Source: Priapulus caudatus (lineage: Eukaryota). From it: a stretch of DNA of 64,000 nucleotides. The notes below the pieces were generated by a model. It ran no database searches. It saw only the letters and a list, made by a program, of their open reading frames with translations, and had not been told where the DNA came from. A program made the position numbers and the translations under genes. Location: the NCBI RefSeq assembly GCF_000485595.1, contig NW_014577087.1:577298-641297 (forward strand). Reading direction: 5' to 3'. Within the stretch, counting starts at the first letter, position 1. Each line of letters starts with the position of its first letter. Positions 10,005 through 23,770 of the stretch are shown here, one piece after another.

Positions 10005-13000
10005 TTATAAAATGTCGCGTAGCATAAGCTAATATTAAAATATATACATTGCCTTTCGGCTATTCGACATGTTGTCGTAATTCTCTATTTTGACTATCCT
10101 CGAATTGCAGGCTGCGATCAGGAGTAGATGAAAACAAATTATTTTGTTTTATTAACTTCTACTGCGATCATCAGTAACCGGTTGGCGTAGATAGTTAGAT
10201 ACCCGCCTTGTTTCTATGGAAAGCACACTATAATCCTTACCCCTCTAATGCGACATCCTCTTTTCGTACCTGGTTTTATTTTAGATGTTGGTTTTTTGCG
10301 TACGCCATGTGGTGGCGTTTGCATGTATTTTCATCATAGCCGAAAACTCGAGCCAATAGTATAGTCAATTTGCTACAAGTGTTCTTAAAATTAAAACAAA
10401 ACTTAGTAGTTTTATTGTTGCCGTAGGGAAATATTCAGATACAAGACGTGGAAAGATCAATAATTTGATCTTTTTTACTTTGGCGTGTCAGAATGGAAGT
10501 GATGTATAATCCCAACAGTTCAAAAATATTTGTATATATCTTTCGTCAGCCGAGTAGATGGCACATATATATTCACATTCACATGACATATTCATATTTT
10601 ATCCCTACTTTCCATAAAATTATTTAACAGCATCCTCATTTAACTTGTATTATTTAATTCGCATGTGCGTGTAAGCGAAAATTACAGGTCACTGTTAGGT
10701 ATATTAATTGCGAAATTTCAGAATTATCGAATGAGAAAAACGGTAATATCTCCATTTTGCATCATTCGGGTTTTTCTTGTTGCGAATGCAATAGATGGCG
10801 CTGCTACCGCTGTGAGCGCAATAAACTACTTTAGTTTGTATCGAGGCACGAGCTACTAGCTTTGGGAAAATCCTGTAACGCGTAGCTCTCAGCTGGTGGC
10901 AGCCAAGGTAGAAGCCTGAAAAAAATCTCCTAGGTGTGAGAAACAAGACTGTAAAGGTCTAACTGCAGGCCTGAGGGGGTAATAAGGAAACAATCCGTTA
11001 ACGTTTCAAAAAATATATCACTTGCAGAATGAGATTACGGGATGAATTACACAATAAAGTTACTCTATTATTCATTTGTAATTTGTTATAGAATCCCTTT
11101 CGTTTTTCGGCGCATCATGTTTATTTTCTAAAATATAGGTGACAACTGCATATGTGCGCTCCCTGCCATCTTGTAGGCTACGTTCTGTGTCACCAGTTCA
11201 ATAGTCGTCATTAATTTTATGTCTGAATGTTTATATAAAAACGCTAGCCCGTGGGATGAGTGAGGTGAAGCTAGCAATCCATAGTTTGCGGTTGCGGATG
11301 CTGTGACTAGAAGGGGAACGGGGTGTCCATTCCCAGTGTCCCACGATAAAAAAAACATGCTGTTTTCCAGTTCCCAGTTATATAAAAAGGTATTTTCCAG
11401 ATAATATTTTTCCCCTCAATCCATATTCCCAAATTTATCGGGCATTTCCCGGTTCTAAGATAACTAAAATGCTCCGATCCCGCGCCCCCAAAAATAACCG
11501 TTCCCGCTTCTGACCACGTTAGTTATTCTCCTCTAGCTGTATTTTTGTAGCAGAAGCTATTGCTAGTGTTAATCGCCTTGATTGTTCTTGTTTACTTTTA
11601 AGGAAATCATGAGACAACCCGTGTTTTCATCACTCGCCGTTCAGTATCAGCTATGGAACAGAGAGACAGTGCCGCAGCAAAGCGACCCATTCTCGCAAAA
11701 GCCTAACCGCACAGCCCTACAGCAGAATAGCCAATTTCAAATTGGTTAAATAAAACGGAAACAAGAGATAACGGGCACAATTCTTATTATTTATTCTAAC
11801 GTCGTGTATTGTATGGCGGTTAATGATGGTGTAGGCAACCTCTCACGTGTTACTGTAATAATGCATAAAACGCAAAAATGCAGTTGAATTAACATTGACA
11901 CGTTTCTCGTGTTGTCGTAGATAGAAAATATACCTATAGCAGATTAAGTTAGAGCCGGATTGAAATCGTATTTAGACAAACAAATAATGAAAATATGAAT
12001 GTAATATCTATTACATTGAAAATTGAATACAGTGTAAAGTTGTGTAGAAATACCATTCCAAAACCTATTTCTTGATTCATGTAGTAGGGTAGTACTACTT
12101 CTGACGCGTGACCTTTGTGTGAATCATCAAGGATGTCTGTAATGACAAATTATGACCTCAATCCATATTAAACATTATTATTCTTAAATACACATTTGTT
12201 AATTTTTCTAGTCGCAAATCGACCAATATTATAGACGACTTTAATGAATCAAAGTTACACACGAAAACATTTACCTGTACACAATCGCCTGTACACAACA
12301 TGCACTTTACAATACACACGGCGTATAATACAGATATGTTTAGCTCTAAAACAGTTTTGTGAATTCGTTACGTTTAAAATCCACTGAAAATCCGAGAACT
12401 GTCAGTTTGCCTTTACGTTTATTATTATCCTTACAACGTGTACTTAGGAAACAAAGAAGTTTGTTTCGCAGGAAATGTCCGCTGTAACCGAGGCTCGGTC
12501 TGATTAATTAAGCTCTCTTTATCTGATTGCAATAACGTGCGTACAGACTGTTTTTCAAAAAGAAAACACAGGTCGTTTACTCGATGCGTATTTAGGCGAT
12601 AAAGCCGGGCGTACTATATATGTGAATACAGGCAGGCCAACATGTACCGGCGCTAAAATGAATATTTGACTAATGCTTGGTCGATGATCGCGTGATCGCA
12701 CAATGTTGAAATTAGACATCGCGCATGCGCATACACCTGCCTCGCCGACGATGCGACGACGTGCGTGTCGGCTGTGAGAACGATCAAACATTCACCGACG
12801 CACGGCTCCACGCTCGGAGTTACATCGCTTCTTATAGTCGTCTTCATCTCGGCACGCCGCAGCGATCTAACTACCTAATGCAGATTACTGCGCAATTGAC
12901 GCCACCGGAAAAAAAATATCGACCTCGAACTCTTTACTCGCATAAACGATCGCGCGTTGGCCCGTACATGCGCGCGAGCTTTGATGGCGGAACAACGCTC

Positions 13001-13008
13001 GCGTTTAA

Positions 13009-13326
13009 GGATACTGAAAGGGGTTTTCCTTTGATATGTTAGCATTGAAACGTAACAAAAAAATTTGGAATCGGAGATGCGAGTTTCGAGAAATAGCGCT
13101 TGAAAAATCGCCTACTTTAGCATTTTTAACAACCGAGATATCAGCACTTTTCTAAATTTTCCATCAATAAACGCCTGTGTTAAGAATTGACTATTGCGGG
13201 GATTTGGAACTGTTTGGTAGGCTACATACATAATTTCTATGTATACATAGCCATGGCTGCGATCTATCAAATAAAGTGGGTATTGAAATTTCGACCGAAA
13301 TTCACCTCCCAACCCTTACAGTATCC
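13009..13326. mobile_element. Non-autonomous TIR element with TTAA target-site duplication (Kolobok-like)
   Basis: TTAA|GGATACTGAAAGGG ... CCCTTACAGTATCC|TTAA. A TTAA TSD with purine-purine termini fits Kolobok better than piggyBac, whose termini start CCY. Confidence 0.7.
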
Positions 13327-15368
13327 TTAACACTTTATTTTCGGAGCATCGCGGGAGTTGTTGGTGTGTGGTCGACGTGCGATGTTCGCCGTTGTGATTG
13401 CGTCGAAATTCAATTGACGGCTGTTATTTACCCTACCTACGTTCACGCGCGCGTTTTATCTGCTATTGCGCAGTATTTCCGTGAATAGTTCACAGTAATG
13501 GAGGCGGTGGGAGGAGGGACGCATTTACTTTACGCGATGACAACAGCCCATTTCATCTAACGCGTTAGTTTGACGGGATGAAAGGGTAACTATCGGTGCC
13601 CGTGGGCGGCGAATCAATTAGATTCGACGCAAAGAGATGCGGCGTAAGGATTCGAAACATAGCAAAAGAAAGCAGAGCAGAGCAGAGCGACACCCTCGAG
13701 TCACGTTTACGTTTTGTGAAATTAACTGATGCAATCTCGTTGCGATTGGAATCGTTGCTTTGGAAATCTCTTGAAGGGCGCGATCGAGCGCACGTGCGTG
13801 ATCAGCGTGCGCGCACACCTCTGTTAACTTGATGAAGGCATGCATGCAGCACTCAGTAACCTTCCGCCAACTGTTGCACTATTTTGTCTCCAAAAAAGCG
13901 TTTTTCAGATTTTTGTCTGTGGTGATATTCGGCATTGGAGTGCGCTAATTTGCATTATGTGCGCAGGGTAGATGCCCCATTGACGTCTAGAAAGCATGAA
14001 AAGTGAGATTGGTTTTGTCTCGAACGTCATTAATTGTGCCCTTTCGTGATGTAGCCAGGGTAACCCGTCCGCTGTTTTGTGTTTTTAACGGAATCTAATC
14101 CGGCTACTTGCTGGAAATGCGCATTATTTAGCTGGCAAAAGTTTCGAGCCGAGTCTGGTCTTCGAATCTGTGGTTATTTAGCATGAATAAAGTGTATGTT
14201 GCGTATGCGCCGAAAATCTCTGAGTATTTTGAATTAATTTCTGTGTAATGCTTATTTAGGCCTGCTGACGGTGCTAACTCAGTAACTCTCTTTTGCCTAA
14301 CAAAATGCGTCACTACGCTATGCAATCTATTGCAATTAACTACGTATAAGACCTAGAAGCGATTCATGATAGTTTATCGTGCTCTAGATACCCATATGAA
14401 CATGGTATAAAATAAGATAAATATAATATAATAATGCTGATATATATACGACGTGCGATGAAAGAAGGATAGTTGAGTAATAATTTCCGCGTTGAATTGT
14501 TGTTGCAATTCTAGTTATTCGAGTCGCTGATTATACATTGTCTGATTACATGCAATGATTGTAGACCTGTATAACGTATAATACAACAATTACTTTGCCA
14601 GAAATACTATTAACCCGAGATTAGTAGTTATTATATTATTGTTGATCAGCGTTAGCTTGTGCCAGTGGTCACGTGACACACTGATAGGCAAAGCAGCCAG
14701 GGATTAGTACGCCGTTTGATTATGTCGGATATAACGGAATGTCGGATTACGAAAGGTCGGATAATTGAAACACTACTGTGAGTTGAATAATATTATTTAA
14801 AATCTTTTAAATTAATGCCAAGAAAATCCCCCCGATAAATCGCGATAATTCTTTTTTCCTTTGCTACTCTTGACGCTCTGTTTATGTTGTTTTCTTTTAG
14901 TAAACTTCGAGCTGTTGAATAATAAATGTATGTCAATTGAATTTAACACGTGAAAACTTGTTTATAACTATATTATTATTAAATTTATTTACATAAAATA
15001 ATATGCCACAAACATAATTTAATGTACAAATTAAAATACTAGCATAGCTTAAAGGTAATGATATCACTATTAATAACAAGATGTGTAGAAATCATTTTGC
15101 CTCAGTGACATGCCTTTCTCATTTTGCCTCATTCACAGTGACATTCCAGTCTATGAAGTAAACTCTTATAAATAAAATTTTATACGAAAAAAAAAATACA
15201 AGAATATATCTGCCTGTATATAGGCTCTATTCATATATATATATATATATATATATATAGTGTGTGTGAGATTAGACCGAACGTAATTTTAACTATTATA
15301 TATTTGAACTAATGTCGTTGGTCGATGATCGCGTGATCGACACGAATTGGTTAGTAAANNNNNNNNNN

Positions 15369-15401
<33 letters not shown>

Positions 15402-16597
15402 GTGTGTGAGATTAGCCGAACGAATTTTAACATTATGTTAACGTAGGCCTAAGCGATGGTAAATATTTTCAAATAAAATTTCTGTCGATTCATTACCTAC
15501 AAATGCTAGCAACAGTAATTAGCTTTTTTTAATATCCTAAGATGAATAAACACATCGTAAACCTTCCACACCTATAAAACAACGGACGGGTTAATCATGA
15601 GCTAACCATTACTGAATGATTTTGACAATGTTCAGACAATATTGCCATAAAAATAACATATGTAGTCTGCATTTACCACATAATATATATATATAGTTTC
15701 TATCGAAATATTACAATACATGTGTGTATATCAATAATTCGTAGTAATTTTCGTACACATATGTCATATGATATCTACACGTTTTTCCCTGTGTGCCTAG
15801 GTCATACCACTTCACTCTATTGTCATTCGCGTAACCCCTTCTCAGCGATCACGCCATACAAAATAACCACATCGGTTTCGCACTCGTCATGAATTCGCTT
15901 TATCACTGTAATACTTAACAATGTCATATATGTATATAATATAAGTAGTTTAAAAATCAGGAGCACGACTTTTCTCCTTAAACTCAACGAAAACACGCAC
16001 ATGGAATATTACATAACTCCTACGTCATTCGCAGGTTAGATGCCGTCACTGGCGTGACGATGTCGGCACGATGCATGTTCATGTTCATATAAACATCGAT
16101 GATTATTTCCCGCGCGGGTCGCTCTATATCATTCGCATGCGACACATCTTTCAGCTACGGCCGAGTGCGCATTCGACGTGTGCTACCAGATTACCAGGAA
16201 CGTTTGTATGACGTAATAACAACAATCGTATTTTTTACAAGTGCATAAAATAATAGTAAAAACGAGCGATGTGGGTTAACCGTAAAGTTGAAACACGTTT
16301 ACAGATCAGTGCCCTCTAGCGACACTATAAAGTGTTCGCGTGTAATCTATAAACATCGCAGGAGTATTTCAATCAAGCATAAATGTACCTATCATAGTAT
16401 ATTTACGTTTGATGGACGGCGTTAGAATGAACGACCCGTCTTTTCGCGGCATTAAACATAATTATAGTAGCATGTGCCGTACGGGACGTGTCCGCGCATG
16501 CACTAAACACTACCGACACTTCTAAGTCGACCGCCTCGAGAAGCTTCGAGAATTATATCGGTCCTACTGCGACGTCTGAGTGCTGCTAGTTCACTAT

Positions 16598-17994
16598 CTA
16601 CGATTTCGTATCGGCTGCGCTGTGGCTGTGCACCGACGCAGTGTCGCCATCTACCGCCAGCTCGACTTTGTGCAACCGCTGCTTCATGCGCACCTGCGTG
16701 TTCGTGTATTCCGCCAGGAGGCGCGCGAATCTCGTCTGCAGATTGTCGAGGTTCTGCTCGAGCCGATCGACCTTGTTCTGCGTGTCCTCCTTCGTCTTCT
16801 CCGCCGCTCTCTCCGCCTCTTCGTCGATCAGTCCATCCTTCATCAGGATCTGCCTGCCTCGCTCCAGCAGGACCTTCTTTGCCTCGGGATACTCGAGCAG
16901 CGCCTCCCAGAGGTCGTCCTTGTAGAGGCAGAAAAGATCCGAGTAGCCGACGCTGCGCACGTTTGCCGTGCGACGATTTCCGGTCTTGTTTCCGGCGATG
17001 TTGAGTATGCTCACCTCGCCGAAGACGCTTCCGGCGCCGAGCGTGACGAAGACGGTGTGTCCGTCGTCGCCGACGACGCTCAGCTTGCCTCGCTTCACGA
17101 TGTACATCTCTTTGCCGATGTCGCCCTTGCGGCAGATGTAGTCTCCCGGGCTAAAGACCTGCAGACGCAGCTTCAACACGAGCTCGACTAGCAGCCCGGG
17201 CTCGCAGTCCTGAAAGATACTGACGCGCTTCAGCGTGTCCAGATGCACGTGTATTGCTATCTCTGCCTTGAGCTTGTCCGGCAGCGTCGACAGAATGCCG
17301 TCCTCGTCCAGCGACTGCTTGTTCGTCCACAGGTAGTCGAACCACTTGATGACGCGCCGCTCCAGGTCCTTGCTCACCTTGCGGAACTCCATGTACTGCT
17401 TGATCGTGTCCATCTTGCTCTGGAACTCCGTCTTCTGCTGGTTCATGTTGGTGATCATGCTGCCGACGTTACCGACAATTGTAGCGAAGATGAGCACGCC
17501 GATGAGGAAGTCGACGACGTGGAACACGTACTCCCAGTCCTTCTCCGGCGGCGGCGTCTCTCCGATCGTCGTCAGCGTCAGCGTCGACCAGTAGAAACTG
17601 TAGATGTACTTTCGCGAGACCTTGTCGAACTCCGAGTTGTTGCGGTGCGGCCCAGGATAGACCCAGTCGTCGGCGCCGATGCCGATCGCCTTGCTGATCG
17701 CAAAGTACACGCACGCGTTCCAGTGAATGATGCCCAATATGTACAGCACGAGGTTGAGGATGCGGATGAAGTTCGGATAGTTTGTGCGCGCCTCGGTTCG
17801 CTCGAAGAACTCCAGTAGGCGACCGTAGCGCAGCAGCCGGTTGAAGCGCACCGACGGGTAGTCGATGGTGATGAACACGTACAGAATGTCTGTGGGTATG
17901 ATCGAGATGACGTCCATCTTGAAGCTCCACGTGGCGACGTAGTTCTTCAGCAGTTTTGACGTGTCGCGAACGAGCAGCCCTTGCTCGAGGTAGC
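16598..17994 (-). CDS. CNGA: Cyclic nucleotide-gated cation channel alpha subunit (CNGA/TAX-4-like), last coding exon: S3-S6, pore, C-linker, CNBD, coiled coil
   Basis: ORF 16598..17917 extends upstream in frame ([25 protein letters not shown]) to a minus-strand acceptor CAG (plus ctg 17995-17997). Motifs: S4 [10 protein letters not shown], pore [45 protein letters not shown] and coiled coil [22 protein letters not shown]. Stop TAG at 16600-16598. Confidence 0.97.
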
Positions 17995-20362
17995 CTGTCG
18001 AAGGAAAAGAGAGAGAAGAGTTGATCAGTGAGTGGGTCGTTGCGAGAGCAAAACGAGAGTGGGGCGGTGTAGGGGTTGGGGGTGGGGTTACTTATGGATT
18101 TAGTTTTGCGTTAGTTGAAGCGCGACAACAGTTTGATATTCATGTAAATGTTTCTTCTGAGAAATCTGAAATTCTGAGGAATATATGTCTCAAAACCTCA
18201 TATATACATATAAATATAGCTCATTTGTTGCTAGATCTGTATCACGTATTATAAAATTATATATTATATAAATTATATTAAACAAATTATGAGGCGATCG
18301 CCTGTTTGTACATAAGCAATTAATACATACGACATCCTATCTCCATCAGACCATCACATTTACAAAGCTCAATATCCATCAACATTCAATTAAAATTAAT
18401 ATCTTAAACATATTATTATCTTAGCCGGATAGATATTCATTCGACCTTATATAAATGCGGCCGTTTTATCATGATACTTCTCTTTATTAAAAGGGCACGG
18501 AGAACGCATTATGTGCAATAATTATATCGTCCTCATGCTCATTTCGTGAAACGATTGAATAGAAGGGAGGAAAGTCATATGCATTTTAGAATTAAATTAT
18601 TATAATTACATTATGGCGCTCATAACTCGTTACATATAGTAGAAAGATGGGAGTCAATGCTACCGCTTGTAACTCTAATCCATGGTTTTAAAATACGATA
18701 GTAGGCACGACGAGAATTATCAGGACAAGATTCGTGCTGTCTTTGTTTAACGTTGAACCTGTAGTCACCATCTAGTGAACTAGCATGTACACGGTGGCCG
18801 CTGCAAATGCTATCGTAGCGACATAGGTGTCGTGGAAGAAAATAATGGCAAATACAGGCAAGATAATAGTTTTTGAGAAGGAAGTTTGACTTCACGGACA
18901 ATTTTATACATTTACACATCACACTTACAATTTTTTGTATTTTTTCATATTGCCTTCCCTTTTAAAATGTGTCTACTAACTAGCTATAATTCAGCTTGCA
19001 TGCTTTACCATACCGCGGCATCTACAGCAGCAGCATCCATCATTGATTTGCTAATCTAATTCCTTGGCGCCTATTTGGATCTGACGAAGCCTCGCTCGTT
19101 TAATTTGATTAGTCAGGTAAGCGCGGCGTAGCATCGACGGCAAGCCAATACATACGTTCGCGCTTTTACCATAGACATGTCTACGGGTTTTAATAGAGAG
19201 ATATTGAGAACGTCGTGGTTAGTGTAAATGTATTGCAATTTAATATACGACTACTGTCCGGCGCTAGTTTAGCTTCTCTATCATTAAATAACACGTCCAG
19301 CAAAAGGAAAAGGAAAGTCCGGAGCCCTGTCCAATACCTCTAACTATAGAAATAAAAGCCTTTTCACAATATATTCGCTCGCAGTTATACGGATGAATCA
19401 TGAAAAAATATCTCAATGTATCTTATTCATGCTCAAAATAGCAAAAATAACATTTTTGGTCTGTCTCTGGTTTGAAACGATATGGTTCAAGTTGGATTAG
19501 AGGACCGGGTCATTAATCTCGGTATTACCTGTGGTCCAGCTTGTGGGCCGCAGATAGTTATCCTTTTTTGTTGGGAAATCGTTAATAAGCTATGATAAGT
19601 CACGTGACCTCTACTAAAACACTGTCGGGTCGTCACTCCGGAAGTAACGACGTTGTTGTAAGTTTTGACGCATCGTCTGACAACCAATAGGAAGGCTTGG
19701 TTAGATATCCGGCTATGTATGGCCGAGCCAGTAATCTGTGGCTGCATCAGCGTGAATATGCAGACAGATCGATGCATACTAAGCAGTATTTTCTTTCAGT
19801 GAACATCATTAAAATTCACACTTGTTCCATTTAGGGAGCACACCGTAGTCCCAGAAGATGTGTGCGCTGCGACACCTAGGATTAGTTTATAATTTACGTC
19901 AGGAAATGTGGGTAAGAAAATACATGTGATTTTGTCGTTTATGGGCGAGTAGTAGCCTTACATAAAGGTCTCGTCTCATGACAGTTGCGCCAGTGAATAC
20001 AGTGGCGACACCTTACGGATAAACTGTGGCAGTTGATGACAAAATGGGTTCCATGTATGACATTATATAATGATACATATATGAACCTTTCAGGTCAAAT
20101 GGGCATGAAGACATGCAAACTTTGGAAGACGTAGGTTCGAAAATCAAAACATGAGAAACACATTATTAGATGGTTTAAAAGCTTGAGCGATTAGAATCTC
20201 TCAGAACGACCCCTTTAAAATCATCTAATCAATAAATATTACGATAAAGCTTTTGGTTTATGAAGAGAATGAATTTATAAAGAGAATGAATTTCAGAAAA
20301 AAACTGCTCATGCAGGAAATTTATGCGATTATAGTATATACTTTTTATGAATGTATATATGT

Positions 20363-20405
<43 letters not shown>

Positions 20406-20479
20406 TTATTCATATATATATATATATATTTTTTATTTTTATGAATGCAAATATGTAGATGGATCTGTGCGCAGTGTAC

Positions 20480-20694
20480 CTTTCCTGCACTGTACAAGCA
20501 TGTCGAGTATGAAGAGCGCGTCCGATATGTAGTCGACTACGAGCCACTCGTTGCGGTAGTCCGTCTGTAGTTGCTCGAACACCGAGCGAGCGATGATGAA
20601 GATGACGTTGTAAGAAATCGCCAGCGTCATCACGAAGAGCCATCGGTAGTAGAACGACTCTGCCGGGTCGATGACCCATCGCTTGATGTACCGG
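20480..20694 (-). CDS. CNGA: CNG channel alpha subunit, coding exon 3 (S1-S2)
   Basis: Acceptor ttgcAG and donor AAAG|GTACAC; 215 nt, phase 2 in and phase 1 out. Reads RYIKRWVIDPAESFYYRWLFVMTLAISYNVIFIIARSVFEQLQTDYRNEWLVVDYISDALFILDMLVQCRK(G) and joins in frame to YLEQG. Confidence 0.93.
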
Positions 20695-22245
20695 CTGCAA
20701 TGCGGGAGACAAAGCGCATTTATTAAGTCGAATTACGTGTCGACATGGCGGCGATCTATCATTGATCGACATAATTTGAGGTATACACGTCTGCAGTGAT
20801 TGACAAGTAGGCAGCTCGAGCCAATCGTTGTGGCGATATGGGCATTCTAAAACCGCTGCTTAGCAACGAAGTGCCCGCAGAGCCGCGGCCAATTCGACGT
20901 GCGTGCGTGGAAATATCGTATACGCGTATAAGCTCATCTTAACGGACCTAGCGTCAATATATCGAAATATTCAAGGGGAATGTGGTAATCTTACTGAGAT
21001 AGTTACAATGATCAGTTCAAATTATTCTCGCATCGGCAATATGCATACATGGTTGCATATTAGGCCTATGTCCTTACACGACAAACGACTTACGAAAATT
21101 TGTATAAAATATTTAACATAAGCACCTGTTAAATTTCAGCACCTGTTTATTTTTGTAAATGTTATGCATCAGAAAATGCCCTGACGGTGGAGCAGACATT
21201 GATTTGGCCAATTGCGAATCGACCGACAGTAAATCTCTGACGAAGGGCTTCATAAATCGTTCGTGCGACTACCGCGCGCTAATAACAATAATATTTCCGG
21301 GAAGGGTGCTTGCGCTGCTGAATAACAACTTAGCTTAATAAGGCAAGTACAGTAATAAACGCGAATTGTCAGTTCTCACCATTTCGTGTTGTATCTCACA
21401 GCGATCACCACGCATGCACAGTGATCGCGAGTATTCAACGGACGGCATTACTCAGAGCACTGATATAAACGCAATATAACATAACATAACGTAACGTAAC
21501 ATATCGTAACGTAACGTAACATAATTAACGTAACATAACATAACATAACATAACATAACATAACATAACATAACATAACATAACATAGTGGCGCGCGCGC
21601 GCGGCGCTGTGTGTGTGTGTGTGTATGTGTGTGTGCTGTGTGCTGTGTGTGTGTGTCTGTGTGTGTGGTGTGTGTGTTCTCTGTGATGTGTGTGTGTGGT
21701 GTGTGTGTGTGCTGCCTGTGTGTGTTGATGTGTGCTGTGCTGTGTGTGTGTGTGTGTGCGCGCGCGCGGAGCGCTTGTATGTGTGCGCGCCGGCTGTGTA
21801 TATATGAGAGTAAGAGTACGAGAGAGGGCGGAAACGCTCGTCTCCCGATCACAACGTAGACACTCCTAGTAGACGCATGAACTCTAAATACGTACCGTAA
21901 CGCGCCAAAGCCGCCGCCATCCCGCAGCGTATATCACCTGCATGGGAGATTCATCAGGTGCCATCCCGTAATATGTGGTCGCGTATGCACAAGGAATCAG
22001 ACAAATCTCAGTATGGCAGGTACAGAGATATATAGGCACGCAGCACGCACCCTGTGCACGCAAGCGTATAGGGTCGTTCCTGATTAGGGCATGCGTTAGA
22101 TGCTAAATGTTAGATGCATTAGATGATAAAATAGTGTAAATGCTGTGAGAGAACGACTACGTAAAGGTACCAAATGACAATTGATGATATCGGTACAGCG
22201 AGTACTGTGACATTATCTGCGTTCCATAAATCATGCCATAATGCT

Positions 22246-23770
22246 TGGATGGATGGATGGATGGATGGATGGATGGATGGATGGATGGATGGATGGATGG
22301 ATGGATGGATGGATGGATGGATGGATGGATGGATGGATGATGGATGGATGGTGGATGGTGGATGGACTGGATGGATGGATGCGATGGACAGCACTTAGAG
22401 ATCGGCGCGCACCTGGGAGATGGTGGATGGAGGACCGTGGAGATGGACTGGGATGGATGGAGGTGGATGGATGGATGGACGATGGATGGATGGGACCTGG
22501 ACTTGGGTATGGATGAGATGGACTGGATGCGGACGTGCCGAGTGGGACTGGCATGGATGGCATGCGGAGTGGATGAGCTCGGCATGGAGGTGGATGGATG
22601 GATCGATCGGATGGGAGTGGCGTGGACTCGCTATAGGGCATGGCGTCCCGAGTCGAGCCACTCCACATATGCGATCGTGATACAGGATGCGAAAATGCGA
22701 GTCGTGCGACGTGGGGAAGCAGTGAGTCGAGCTGGAGGATCGAGATGAGATCGTCCCGACATCACGTGGCGACGTCGCGAGGACCTGAGAAGATAGACTG
22801 ACGCACGTGGGCAGATATCGAGATCCGGCAGGTGCAGGAAATCGGACTAAACCGATTATGCGATGGATGGACTGGATAGGGACGAACAGGGATTCGCATA
22901 TCGATGTGCCCTCATGGGATGGAGGTGCGCAGATACGTGCATGGATGGATGATTGGATGGATGGATGGATGGATGATGATGGAGGATGGATGGATGTGAT
23001 GGCTGGATGGATGGAGGCGTGGCCGATGGATGGACGGATCGGATGGATGGATGGTATGGATGGGCATGCGCTCAGGACTGGATGGATGACTAACAGTGAC
23101 TCCCGAGATAAGATTGGATGTATAAGACTAGGATACCAGTGATGGATGGTGGAATGCGATGGATGGAAGGCTGGATGGAGATGATGAAATTGGATGGATA
23201 GGGGGACCGGATTGGATGATGGTTGGTTGGTTGGATGGATAGATGATGGATGGATGGATTGGATGGATGGATGGATGGATGGATAGATGGATGGATGGAG
23301 TGATGGATTGGATGGATGGATGGACTGGATGGATGGATGGATCGGATGGATGATGGATGGATGGAATGGATGAATGGATGGGATGGATTGGCAGGAGATG
23401 GAAATGGATGGATGGATGGATGGATGGATGGATGGTATGGATGGAAGGATGGATGGATGGATGGATGGATGGCAATGGATGGTGATGGATGATGATGCGA
23501 TGGGATGGATGGATGGATGGATGGCATGGATGGATTGGATATGATGAGATGGATGGATGGGATATGGATGGATGAGATGGATGGATGGATGATGGATGGA
23601 TGGATGGATGGGTGGATGGATGGATGGAGAGGCTGGATGTAGGATGGATGGATGGATGGAATGATGGATGGATGGATGGAGGATGGATGTATAGATTGAT
23701 GAGATGAGAGTGGATAGAGGGATGGATTGGTGGCTAGATGGCCGGATGGCTGAATGGATGGATGGATAGA
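22246..23770. repeat. Degenerate (ATGG)n satellite (mirror (CCAT)n at ~39650-40930)
   Basis: Directly visible. Confidence 0.95.

Noticed and set aside
16580..17930. Overlapping ORFs 16580-17191 (+), 17243-17818 (+) and 17469-17930 (-)
   Set aside because: Shadow ORFs caused by GC-rich codon usage of the CNG exon.
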